NCBI GenBank assembly: GCA_965205975.1
Contig: OZ242195.1
Location: 1,728,001 to 1,792,000, forward strand
DNA: 64,000 nucleotides
Direction: 5' to 3'
Origin: Candidatus Latescibacterota bacterium
GTDB lineage: Bacteria > Latescibacterota > UBA2968
The notes beneath the pieces were generated by a model, which saw only the letters and a list, made by a program, of their open reading frames with translations, did no database searches and had not been told where the DNA came from. The stretch's first letter is position 1. Every line of letters begins with the position of its first letter. This document shows positions 47,927 through 57,400 of this stretch, piece by piece. The position numbers and the translations under genes are program-made.

Positions 47927-48739
47927 ATGAAATTTTCATACCAAAGCCTTCTGTTGATCGTCGTTCTCAGCTTATTAGTTTCAACGGCAAACGCGGCAAA
48001 ATCAGACCTGCCGCCCACGCGGGGCATTGTCGTCAACCTCGTCGAATGGGACGGCGGAGAATTGCCCGCGGTTTATGAACGCACGGACCAACTCCCCTTC
48101 ACCCGTGAGGACCTTTTGCAATTGGTACAAAGCGACTTCAAACCCGATCAAATCGCGCAGATGATTTCCGAGCGCCGATATGCGGGCGATGCGTCTGCTG
48201 AGGGGCTGATCGCGCTCAAACAAGCCGGTCTTGAGTCCGTCGTCATACAGGCCATCTCCAAACACGCGCTCGCGCCCAATCAATCACTCAACCTCACCAT
48301 TTACCTGACCTTTGACGGGCATTCCCAAACAGCGCGCCATCGCTTTCTCTACGTCATCATTCCCGACGGCGAGATCCAGCGCGTCTTCACTGCCGACTTA
48401 AACACAGTGCTCGCCGGACAGTGGAAAAGAGACACCCTGATCGATGCCACAGACCCATTGCTCCCGCGAAAAATTCGACGCGTCACCTTCTCGGGAACAA
48501 TCCCACTCAAAACACACGGCAGCAAAACCGTACGAATTTTTACATCTTCGCGCCCGGGCATCCATCAAATCGACGAGATACCGGCGATAGACCTCTCGCG
48601 GGTTCAAACATATCAAATGGATTATCCAGTCAGTTCACCCATTCAAGACTGCCGCGCCTACATTCGCTACAAACAGGATGTAGTGCTGCCGGACAAATGG
48701 CACATGATTGACACGCGCATGGAATGCGAATGGCGGTAA
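47927..48739 (+). CDS. Secreted hypothetical protein
   Basis: Signal peptide (ANA), AAGGAGG RBS. Confidence 0.7.
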   Translation: MKFSYQSLLLIVVLSLLVSTANAAKSDLPPTRGIVVNLVEWDGGELPAVYERTDQLPFTREDLLQLVQSDFKPDQIAQMISERRYAGDASAEGLIALKQAGLESVVIQAISKHALAPNQSLNLTIYLTFDGHSQTARHRFLYVIIPDGEIQRVFTADLNTVLAGQWKRDTLIDATDPLLPRKIRRVTFSGTIPLKTHGSKTVRIFTSSRPGIHQIDEIPAIDLSRVQTYQMDYPVSSPIQDCRAYIRYKQDVVLPDKWHMIDTRMECEWR

Positions 48740-48773
48740 GATACGCCTTCACCTCTCAACAAGGAGTTAAGCC

Positions 48774-49361
48774 ATGAAACTCATCACCTATGCAGCAATC
48801 GCCCTGATCGGCCTCACAACCGGATGCGCTGGTCCCAGAGCCTTTACAAAAGGGACGTATGAAGATCCCAAAACCATTGCCTTGCTCGACGACCGCTTTA
48901 ATGAAAACGACATGCAACTCATCGCCAAAAAAGTCGTCAACTCAATCCTCGAAGCACCGTTGAACAGGCCCGACCCCGCCATCATGCTCGGCAAAATGCG
49001 CAATCGCACCACCGAACACATCGATATGGTGGCCCTCTCTGACAAAATCAAAACCGCATTGATCCAGAGCGGCAAAGTACGCTTTGTCGATGTCACCAAC
49101 CGCAAAGACATCGCCACAGAATACGAATATCAACAATCGGGCTACGTCGATCCCGCACAGGCCAAAGCACCGGGCAAACAGACCGGATCAGACCTGATCC
49201 TCACGGGCACACTCAGCGCGAACGTGCAGGAAGTGGGCAAAGACAAACTCATCTACTACAAAGCCACCTTCCAACTGACGGACCTGGTCTCATCAGAAAT
49301 TATATGGACAGACGAGAAAGAAATCCGCAAAGCCTACAAAAAGCGCAGCATCGGATTGTAA
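48774..49361 (+). CDS. LpoB/CsgG-fold lipoprotein (PBP activator LpoB family)
   Basis: Lipobox TTGC; RNRTTEHID, SGKVRFV, IIWTDEKEIRK. Confidence 0.8.
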   Translation: MKLITYAAIALIGLTTGCAGPRAFTKGTYEDPKTIALLDDRFNENDMQLIAKKVVNSILEAPLNRPDPAIMLGKMRNRTTEHIDMVALSDKIKTALIQSGKVRFVDVTNRKDIATEYEYQQSGYVDPAQAKAPGKQTGSDLILTGTLSANVQEVGKDKLIYYKATFQLTDLVSSEIIWTDEKEIRKAYKKRSIGL

Positions 49362-49475
49362 TTGCGCTGAAAGCCTGGGATTATTAGGTTGAGCATAAAA
49401 AAATTAAAGGTTGGGCGGTTGGGTATTCTGCACATCCTTCCATCCTTTAATCCTGATCAAGAAAGGAGCAAAACC

Positions 49476-50021
49476 ATGAAACACCTGTTCTACACACTCG
49501 CAATCGCTCTGCTTTTGGGGAGCAGTGCCAGCGCGCAAACTGGCCGCACTGATGGGGCGGAAGAAAGCGAATTTGGCAAAGGGGGATACCCGTTTGGTGG
49601 CCCGAGTCATCGCGTCTATCTCAACACCGCCTTTGGCTCCGGATTTTTTGATCTGACGGACGTCAACAAAACGCGCACGGGTTTTCTCTACGGGATTGAT
49701 CTCGGCGTCGAAATGGACCAGTGGCTCGGCATTCAGGCGAGCTATAATTATCTTTCCGACCGCGACATGTCCATCTTCAGCCTCGGCTCGCGTTTTGCCT
49801 ACGCCTTTGACCCCTTTGTGTACCACGTCTCGCTCAACGCCGGGCTATATGCGCCCAATGAGGGCAGTCGCAACTTTGGTCTGGCCCCCGGTGCTGGTAT
49901 AGACATCGTCCTCCACAAAAGGGTGCGTATCGGACTCGACTACAAACACGACTTTATCTTTACCGACAACCGCACCACCGACATGGACCGGATTTACGCG
50001 GGTCTCAAATTCTTCTTTTAA
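49476..50021 (+). CDS. Small outer membrane beta-barrel protein
   Basis: Signal peptide, alternating beta strands, C-terminal GLKFFF. Confidence 0.75.
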   Translation: MKHLFYTLAIALLLGSSASAQTGRTDGAEESEFGKGGYPFGGPSHRVYLNTAFGSGFFDLTDVNKTRTGFLYGIDLGVEMDQWLGIQASYNYLSDRDMSIFSLGSRFAYAFDPFVYHVSLNAGLYAPNEGSRNFGLAPGAGIDIVLHKRVRIGLDYKHDFIFTDNRTTDMDRIYAGLKFFF

Positions 50022-50032
50022 TGAAAAAACAA

Positions 50033-50061
50033 GAGGCGAGGGACTGTTTGGCCCTCGCCTC
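50033..50061. terminator. Hairpin between convergent genes
   Basis: GAGGCGAGGG-loop-CCCTCGCCTC. Confidence 0.7.
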
Positions 50062-50084
50062 TCTCCGTCTTAGCCACATACCAC

Positions 50085-51107
50085 CTATCCAAACACCTCA
50101 CTCGCGACAAAAGCCATACCCAGTGCAGCGGCAGAATCGCCGCCGCGCGCCCATTCGAATTGCGTTGAGACAGCCTGAGAATCAAACGGATTTTCGAGAT
50201 AGATCGGCCATGACCCATCCTGAAATCCTTCGATTATCCACGCCATATACCGATCGCGAAAAGACGCTTCTGAAAGTCCCCCACCGATCACCACAAGCCC
50301 CGGATCGAATAACCGCACCCAATTCGCTATCGCATAACCCAGAATAAATGCCTGCTCCTTAAAAAGCGACACCGCGAGTGGATCGTCATTCTCCGCATAA
50401 TCGCGGAGTTGATACGCCTTTTCCTCAATCGACGCGTCAGAAGCATTCAGCGCGTGATCTTTCCATTTATCCCCTGCTAATTCAATCCCGAGCCTGCGTC
50501 GCAATGCCATAAGCGATACCCAAGCCTCCGCACACCCTGTAAGCCCGCACGAACAATCTGGTAACTCCCCATCCACCTCCCGAAACGGAACCGAAGCATG
50601 CCCCACTTCCAGCGCGAGGCCATTTGCCCCCTCGTAAATCTGCCCACCGGACAAAACCAATCCACCGCCCAGACCCGTTCCAGGCGCAACGAGCAAAAGG
50701 CCTGCATCGGAATCCGGACGCGCCGCGTATTCACCAGCCGCCGCTGCATTGCCATCATTTGTCATATATACAGACACACCCACACGCGTAGAAAACTCGC
50801 CGCGAATATTCGTCCCCACCCAATCCGCACCCAGATTGGCCTGCACCCGAATCACCCCACTGCTACTCGGCGCGGGAACATCCAGCCCAATACCCGCGAT
50901 ATCCGATTGACGCCTCCCTGCGCGACCCGTCAATAACTTCAGTGCTTCCTCAAGCTGTACAAACGTAGCCTCATACCCATCTTTGACGCGACTGGGCACT
51001 TCCACCATATCGCCCAATAAATTGCCAGAAGCATCGACGAGAATGGATTTTACACTCGTCCCCCCAATATCCAAACCCGCAAAACAGCGCGTATCGCTCT
51101 CTCTCAT
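50085..51107 (-). CDS. ROK family sugar kinase
   Basis: GLDIGGT, NDGNAAA.GE, GTGLGGG, EVGH, CSCG..GCAE. Confidence 0.88.
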   Translation of the reverse strand: MRESDTRCFAGLDIGGTSVKSILVDASGNLLGDMVEVPSRVKDGYEATFVQLEEALKLLTGRAGRRQSDIAGIGLDVPAPSSSGVIRVQANLGADWVGTNIRGEFSTRVGVSVYMTNDGNAAAAGEYAARPDSDAGLLLVAPGTGLGGGLVLSGGQIYEGANGLALEVGHASVPFREVDGELPDCSCGLTGCAEAWVSLMALRRRLGIELAGDKWKDHALNASDASIEEKAYQLRDYAENDDPLAVSLFKEQAFILGYAIANWVRLFDPGLVVIGGGLSEASFRDRYMAWIIEGFQDGSWPIYLENPFDSQAVSTQFEWARGGDSAAALGMAFVASEVFG

Positions 51108-51117
51108 AATCCCATTC

Positions 51118-52296
51118 CTATCTTCGGGTAATCACAAATAACTGGCGCGTCCCATCTCGGGAAATCGATGGAAAAAGCACCTGATCACTCGTGCGATTCC
51201 AGCAAGGCGCGGGATCGCTCCTCAAATCCCCCGATATCCACTTCCCCTGATCGTATCGCTCAGTTCGCGCCCATACCCCATCAGCCATGCGATACATCAC
51301 ATAAACCGTTCCACACTTTGGTCCCGAACCATTGATGATCCACTTTCCGTCTGGAGAAAACGCATTGTCTCCGCCAGGCTCTGGAAAAACGGACTGATCC
51401 CCCAGCGTCCGTACAATTTTCTGCTCATCGGTATCGTACACCACCAGATCATCGGCATTGTGACCGAGAATCTCATGCCCTTCCAACCACTCGGGATGAC
51501 CGCCAATAAAAACCTTCTGTATGGTCAGATCGCTACCATCGGGATTCACGGTAAAAGGCACATTGAGCCGCGCTTCGCGCTTATTGAACTTGCCTCGCGC
51601 ATAAAAATAAATCCGATCATCATCCCGGTTCCAAAGCGTATGATTGATAAACATCTCCTTGCTCTCAACTTCCGGGTGGTAATCCCGCAACGCATCTCCC
51701 AATTGGGCAAAAGATGCAATCAGCTCTTTTTCGCCCGTATTCACATCAACCTTAAAAATCCCATCGTCCTCGGGATGTGCAACCCCTTCGGTCCAGTCCG
51801 CCGCGCCGAGATACCCAGTCACCAACCGCAGACGCGCCATGCGCGCGTAATTTAATCCCAGAAAATAGCCGCCATTTTGCGCTACGCCGCTGTTGCCAAA
51901 CGGCGTATCCTCATAGCGATATTCGCGGATCCTTTTACCTCTGGAAATATCGAACAAAACCGTAAAAACTTTCTGCGTCTCCAGATCGCGATCATTAAAG
52001 AAAAACTGCGTCTCCGGCAATTCGGGATTCCAATAAAACATCGTGCCCTGCTGAGGATTCCATCCCTGCGATTGATCAACCACCTGGATCGCATGCTCAT
52101 TCTCAGTATCGATCAAAATCACATCTGCCGCCTCGCCAGGCCCGGGCATATGATCCTGAAAATCATTCCGCAATGCGACGATATAGCGACCGCTCTGGTT
52201 CCAGGGAATGGTCTGCGATTGACCGATATACCCAAAAAAGTGATGTTTGGGACCATACGTGATCTGCTCAACTTCAAGCTTAAATGAATCCAGCAA
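51118..52296 (-). CDS. Beta-propeller protein (TolB/oligogalacturonate lyase-like)
   Basis: HFFGY, WNPQQG, FSPDG, RSDPAP.W; GAGGAG RBS before TTG. Confidence 0.55.
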   Translation of the reverse strand: MLDSFKLEVEQITYGPKHHFFGYIGQSQTIPWNQSGRYIVALRNDFQDHMPGPGEAADVILIDTENEHAIQVVDQSQGWNPQQGTMFYWNPELPETQFFFNDRDLETQKVFTVLFDISRGKRIREYRYEDTPFGNSGVAQNGGYFLGLNYARMARLRLVTGYLGAADWTEGVAHPEDDGIFKVDVNTGEKELIASFAQLGDALRDYHPEVESKEMFINHTLWNRDDDRIYFYARGKFNKREARLNVPFTVNPDGSDLTIQKVFIGGHPEWLEGHEILGHNADDLVVYDTDEQKIVRTLGDQSVFPEPGGDNAFSPDGKWIINGSGPKCGTVYVMYRMADGVWARTERYDQGKWISGDLRSDPAPCWNRTSDQVLFPSISRDGTRQLFVITRR

Positions 52297-52322
52297 TTTA
52301 TTCTCCTCGTGTATTTTACGGA

Positions 52323-53948
52323 CTAAATTCCTATCGCATATCCATCGCGCCTCGGATCTGCGCCGCCCATCAGCGCGCCGGATTCTGTATCCACCACAAT
52401 ACCCTGCGCACCCCCGCAAACAGGTGAATAATCGGGCAACACTTTCACATCGTGCCCACGCGCTTTCAGCGCGCGCCGAACAGACTTCGACATCCGCCTT
52501 TCAATGGACACCTGCGTACCCGCAGTTTCAATACGGAACCGGGGTGCTTCAATCGCCGCCTGTATATTCATACCGTAATCCAGCACATTGGTCAAAAATT
52601 GCACCGATGTTTGTTGAATCCCCCAGCTTCCCGGCGTACCCAACGCAGAAAAAAGTGCGCCATCTCGAAACACCAGCATCGGCGACAGGCACATATCCAC
52701 TTTTTTGTAGGGCGCAATACAATTTGGGCTATTGGGCACAAGATCGCCCCATCGAATAAAATTGTTCAAAAACATACCCGTATCACCCATCATCACTCCG
52801 GACCCAAAACCCGACCCCAAACTCTGGGTTATAGCCACGGCATTGCCATCGCCATCAACCACATCGAAATGTGTCGTGCATTCATTCAGCCATGCCTTTG
52901 GATCGCCCGGTTCAATCTCACCCGGCAACTTCGTCGCCGGATACCACTCGCCCCGATGCACGCCCGCGCGATTCCCAATCAGCTTTCGGCGTTCTTCCGC
53001 ATAGCCCTTCGCCAGCAATCCTTCAACAGGAGCCTGCGGGGCTGCGGCGTATTCTATCCGATCCGCATTGCCCAACTTCACAGCTTCGATGAACAGATGT
53101 AATGCCTGCTCCGAGTGGTGTTCCATCTCCGCCAGATCGTATCCCTCCAGCATATTGAGCGTCTCGAGAATCTGAAATCCCGCACTCGGTGGCGGCGGAC
53201 AAAACACCTCATAACCTCGATAAGTCGTCGCTATCGGATCAACCCATTCCGGTTCAAAATCCGCCAGATCGCGCTCGGACAACCAGCCGCCTTCTCCCTG
53301 GATATATTCCGCCATTTCGCGCGCGAGATCGCCGCGATAAAAAACCTCTGCTCCTCCTTCAGCAACCCGCCGAAACGTTCGCGCCAGATCCTTTTGAATT
53401 AAAATCTCCCCCGGCAGAGGTCCGCGCCCACGCGACAAAATAACCCGCTCCCCCCTGTCGTTCAACCGCCCTCCACTACTCATCGACTGACTATTCCTCA
53501 CCGTCACAGCATACCCGTTCTCCGCCAGATCAATCGCAGGCCCAAATACTTGTGCTGGCGCCATCGTGCCATAGCGTTCCAACAATTCCAACCAGCCACC
53601 ACAAGCACCCGGCGTCAAGCACGAACGCGGCCCAGCATCTTTATCCGCCGATCCATCGAACAACTCGGCACGCGCTTGATACGGCGTTCGCCCGCAATAA
53701 TCCAGCACGCGCCTGTGGTCATTTTTTGCATCATACACAATCGCATACCCCACCCCCGCAATACCAGACATATAGGGTTCTACAACATTGAGCGCAGCGG
53801 CAACCGCAACCGCAGCATCAAACGCATTACCCCCTTCGAGCAACATCCGCGCGCCGGATAGTGCAGCCAGCGGATGTGCGCACGCCACCATACCACGCGT
53901 ACCCGTAACCGTTGGTCTATGTGTCACACCATGTGCTGAAAAAGCCAT
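52323..53948 (-). CDS. ggt: Gamma-glutamyltransferase
   Basis: GGNAFDAAVA, TTHF.VVD.DGN, GTPG, GGADPRRDG. Confidence 0.92.
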   Translation of the reverse strand: MAFSAHGVTHRPTVTGTRGMVACAHPLAALSGARMLLEGGNAFDAAVAVAAALNVVEPYMSGIAGVGYAIVYDAKNDHRRVLDYCGRTPYQARAELFDGSADKDAGPRSCLTPGACGGWLELLERYGTMAPAQVFGPAIDLAENGYAVTVRNSQSMSSGGRLNDRGERVILSRGRGPLPGEILIQKDLARTFRRVAEGGAEVFYRGDLAREMAEYIQGEGGWLSERDLADFEPEWVDPIATTYRGYEVFCPPPPSAGFQILETLNMLEGYDLAEMEHHSEQALHLFIEAVKLGNADRIEYAAAPQAPVEGLLAKGYAEERRKLIGNRAGVHRGEWYPATKLPGEIEPGDPKAWLNECTTHFDVVDGDGNAVAITQSLGSGFGSGVMMGDTGMFLNNFIRWGDLVPNSPNCIAPYKKVDMCLSPMLVFRDGALFSALGTPGSWGIQQTSVQFLTNVLDYGMNIQAAIEAPRFRIETAGTQVSIERRMSKSVRRALKARGHDVKVLPDYSPVCGGAQGIVVDTESGALMGGADPRRDGYAIGI

Positions 53949-54153
53949 AACACTGCTCCTGATAGTTTGATTTCACGCCACAATAGGCCGAATTGAGATC
54001 GGTATAATCTACGTCCGAGAAAAAAAATTGGCAACCGTAGAGTCATAGCGATTATTGTTGCAGAATCTATTGCTCCATTTGTCACACCAACGTATATTTC
54101 CCCATCCGCTATCACATTCATCCATTTCTGACTCAAATATGGAAAGAAACCTT

Positions 54154-55266
54154 ATGGACCCTATACAACTCACGCGCGAATTTGTATCCTTCAACTCAAC
54201 CAGCTATTTGAGCAACGTCGATTGCTCAAATGCCATGGCAGAAAGAATGCGCAAAGCTGGCCTCGCGGTTGAACGCATTCCCTACACAGACCCAAACGGC
54301 GTTCCCAAACTGAACCTCGTCGGCAAAAAAGGAAATGGCACCGGTGGCCTCGCCCTGATGGGACACAACGACGTCGTACCCGCCGAAGGTTGGGCCTGGG
54401 ACCCCTTTGAAGTCGTCGAAAAGGGATCCCGCATCTACGGACGCGGCGTAGCCGACATGAAAGGTTCGGTCGCCTGCATGATCGCCACGGCAAGCCGTTT
54501 CTCCATCGACGAACTCACACAACCTATCTACGTAGTCGTCACCGGAGATGAAGAAATCAACTGCGGAGGCGCCGATGTCATCGCCCAAAAATCCGAAGTA
54601 TTAAAAGAATCCAACGTGCGCTACGGCATTATTGGCGAACCGACCCTGCTCGACGTGGTACACGCCCACAAAGGCTCGGTCAAAATCAGCGTCACAGCCA
54701 CGGGAAAAGCCACGCACAGCAGCATGGGAACAGGCATCAACGCCAATCACAAACTCATCCCCTTCCTCAACGACATGCTCGCCATAGACCGCGAACTCCA
54801 AACCGACGAAAAATACCTCAACAACGCCTTCACCCCCCCACACGCCACCCTCAACACCGTCATACATGGGGGTGAACAAGCATCGAACATCACCACGCCA
54901 GAAAGCGGGGCAACCCTCAACATGCGCCCCATGCCGGGACAGGATTTCGCGCCCTTGCTCGACAAAATCAGAACACTGGCCGAAGAATGCGGAGTCCACG
55001 TCGATATCTACGACGGCCTCGCCCCACTCCACACCCCCATAGAATCTCGCATCGTGCAAGAAGCCCTATCCGTCACAAACAAGGGTGAGCCCAAAACCGT
55101 AGCTTATGGCACCGACGGCATGATCTTTGGCAAAACCATGGAACTCGTCGTACTCGGTCCCGGCAATATTCAACAGGCGCACACCATTGACGAATGGATC
55201 GAAATCGAACAACTCCATCAAGCTGTGGATACCTTCTCAGAAATGGTACGGCGGTTTTGTAGTTAG
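54154..55266 (+). CDS. argE: M20 family deacylase (acetylornithine deacetylase-like)
   Basis: GHNDVVP, GRGVADMKG, DEE, GEPT, HKG, QAHTIDE. Confidence 0.8.
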   Translation: MDPIQLTREFVSFNSTSYLSNVDCSNAMAERMRKAGLAVERIPYTDPNGVPKLNLVGKKGNGTGGLALMGHNDVVPAEGWAWDPFEVVEKGSRIYGRGVADMKGSVACMIATASRFSIDELTQPIYVVVTGDEEINCGGADVIAQKSEVLKESNVRYGIIGEPTLLDVVHAHKGSVKISVTATGKATHSSMGTGINANHKLIPFLNDMLAIDRELQTDEKYLNNAFTPPHATLNTVIHGGEQASNITTPESGATLNMRPMPGQDFAPLLDKIRTLAEECGVHVDIYDGLAPLHTPIESRIVQEALSVTNKGEPKTVAYGTDGMIFGKTMELVVLGPGNIQQAHTIDEWIEIEQLHQAVDTFSEMVRRFCS

Positions 55267-55411
55267 CGTTCAGCAGTCAGCCATCCAGTACCAAGACGCA
55301 AACTTGGATTCATAAATAAACAGCGATTATGATTTTGTACCATATCAGACGGCAAGTACACTCTCATGAAAATTCTAACGACAGCCTAGAAATCAATATG
55401 GAGACGAAAAC

Positions 55412-55972
55412 ATGGCCATACCAGATCCGACGACGGTTCGCGAACAGATCGCTTGGTCATACGCGAACCTTGCAAGGGCTCACGCGGCACTTGAACATGG
55501 TGTCACTAAATACAAGGTGGTCCATCACGTCATTCGGAACAGGACGTACCATGGATTGCTGTCTGGGAAGATAGCTATGCGTTCTCTATACGACGATGAA
55601 CGCCTGAAGATGACGATGCCACAAGCATGTTACTACTGCCGTCACAGGGACAACCTGACGGTTGATCATCTCGTTCCTCTAGTGCGTGGAGGTCCAGACG
55701 AAGCGGACAACCTGATCTGGGCGTGCCGCTCGTGCAATAGCTCCAAGCATGGACGAGATATGCTGGTTTGGGCAAAGTCAAATGGATTTTTCCCCTCAAT
55801 ATTGTTATTGCGACGTTATATCAAGATCGTTGCTCGTTATTGTGAAGAGATGGGTCATATGGATACCAACCTCGAAAATTTCAATCAAGTGAACGCCCCG
55901 TTCGATGTGCGTTTGTTGCCGACGAAGTTCCCGCCATTGGCCGAATTGAAGTTGTGGGTCAAGCCGAAATAG
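55412..55972 (+). CDS. HNH endonuclease
   Basis: CYYC..LTVDHLVP..GG....NLIWACRSCNSSK. Confidence 0.88.
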   Translation: MAIPDPTTVREQIAWSYANLARAHAALEHGVTKYKVVHHVIRNRTYHGLLSGKIAMRSLYDDERLKMTMPQACYYCRHRDNLTVDHLVPLVRGGPDEADNLIWACRSCNSSKHGRDMLVWAKSNGFFPSILLLRRYIKIVARYCEEMGHMDTNLENFNQVNAPFDVRLLPTKFPPLAELKLWVKPK

Positions 55973-56143
55973 CAAGAACTCGACAATTTGACTGCATTCC
56001 CATTGCCCTCATTAGATCAGATTCGCCTTAAGCCACTCAACTACAGGCCCTCTATATTGACGACAGCTACTCGCTGAATTAGACTTTGACACATCCCCAC
56101 AGAGATGACGAAAGTAATGTGTGACTTCAAATCTATCCCATAC

Positions 56144-56182
56144 AAAAACAGCCCCGTGACCTTTCAATCATGGGGCTGTTTG
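56144..56182. terminator. Bidirectional intrinsic terminator
   Basis: AAAAACAGCCCCGTGA-loop-TCATGGGGCTGTTT. Confidence 0.8.
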
Positions 56183-56207
56183 AATGTGCTATCCGAAAAA
56201 GCGTTTT

Positions 56208-56471
56208 TCATTCCAATTTGAACAAAATAAGCGTTCCAAGTGTCAGCAATGTTGTGACTTGAATCCCCACAAGCCAACAGAACAGTGTAAGCATCCGATT
56301 TGACAAGCCATCAATCCGAGTCGTCACACTATCAACCCGGTTCGACAAATCACGGTGGGATTGCTCAAGGCCAGTCAAGCGCGTTGCGACTTGCTCAATA
56401 ATCCCCTCAATGCGAGATAACCGAGCATCTATTTCCGCCAGCTTGCTGTCAACAGGTGTTGGAATCTGCAT
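56208..56471 (-). CDS. Small coiled-coil protein with C-terminal TM anchor, copy 1 (87 aa)
   Basis: Heptad repeats plus hydrophobic tail; near-identical to 57091-57375. Confidence 0.75.
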   Translation of the reverse strand: MQIPTPVDSKLAEIDARLSRIEGIIEQVATRLTGLEQSHRDLSNRVDSVTTRIDGLSNRMLTLFCWLVGIQVTTLLTLGTLILFKLE

Positions 56472-56511
56472 TATGATTCTCCAAATCAAGGTTGTAGTAG
56501 TGTATCTCTTA

Positions 56512-56766
56512 CTAAAGCCCAAAGTGGCGAGCATACCGGGATCCAATACGTCTTGTCCACATTTGTGCATCTAATCTGCGGGCAAGAAGCCGGTCAGATG
56601 CAGCCAGTTCATCTCGATCAACCTCATATTCTCCCATCTCGATGTCGATAACCACGAATTTACCCTCATCGGCAGGTTCAATATGAGGCCTTATGTCTCG
56701 GTCATAAATCTCATCGCCGAGTCGCGCGAATTCCTCTTTGCTATACCGTGGTTTTGATATGGACAT
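56512..56766 (-). CDS. Small hypothetical protein (DUF5678-like)
   Basis: RYSKEEFARLGDEIY...GKFVVIDIE.GEYEV; GAGGAGG RBS. Confidence 0.6.
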   Translation of the reverse strand: MSISKPRYSKEEFARLGDEIYDRDIRPHIEPADEGKFVVIDIEMGEYEVDRDELAASDRLLARRLDAQMWTRRIGSRYARHFGL

Positions 56767-56800
56767 ATCATTCCTCCTCACGCCTGTCCTATCATTCCCA

Positions 56801-57067
56801 TTACCCACCCGCAATCGACGTTACAAAATGAACCTCGCTATCGGGGGGTATCTGTGTCCGCAACCCTTCTTCGGTGACAACGCCATCAATCGCAACAGCC
56901 AGTCCAGGTGCAATCCGATAATCCTCGTACACCACCCGATCTTTAATACCGGGAAATTGTGCATCCAGATTTTCGATCACCTCACGCAAGGTATTACCAC
57001 CAACAACCACCTTCTCCTGGCCATCGGTCAATTTGCGCATCAGCGAGGGAATCCACACTTCAGGCAT
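56801..57067 (-). CDS. MoaD/ThiS ubiquitin-like sulfur carrier
   Basis: Beta-grasp pattern, C-terminal IAGG. Confidence 0.85.
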   Translation of the reverse strand: MPEVWIPSLMRKLTDGQEKVVVGGNTLREVIENLDAQFPGIKDRVVYEDYRIAPGLAVAIDGVVTEEGLRTQIPPDSEVHFVTSIAGG

Positions 57068-57090
57068 GTCAACACTCCTATTTCTCTCGC

Positions 57091-57375
57091 CTATTCGAGT
57101 TTGAACAAAATGAGCGTGCCAAGTGTCAGCAATGTTGTGACCTGAATCCCTACAAGCCAACAGAAAAATGTGAGCATCCGATTTGACAAGCCATCAATCC
57201 TGGTCGTCATACTATCAACCCGAGTCGTCATACTATCAACGCGATTCGACAAATCACGCTGACCTTGATCCAGGCCGGTCAAGCGCGTATTCATTTGCTC
57301 CGTTATGCCTTCAACGCGAGATAACCGGGCGTCTATTTCCGCCAGCTTGCTATCAACAGGTGTTGGAATCTGCAT
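57091..57375 (-). CDS. Small coiled-coil protein with C-terminal TM anchor, copy 2 (94 aa)
   Basis: As copy 1 with one extra heptad (VDSMTTR duplicated). Confidence 0.75.
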   Translation of the reverse strand: MQIPTPVDSKLAEIDARLSRVEGITEQMNTRLTGLDQGQRDLSNRVDSMTTRVDSMTTRIDGLSNRMLTFFCWLVGIQVTTLLTLGTLILFKLE

Positions 57376-57400
57376 TGTAATTCTCCTGTTTATCAGCGGA

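Noticed and set aside
56208..57375. Duplicated genes as a DGR TR/VR pair or composite transposon ends
   Set aside because: Both copies are intact ORFs, mismatches are not confined to adenines, and there is no RT, transposase or terminal inverted repeat
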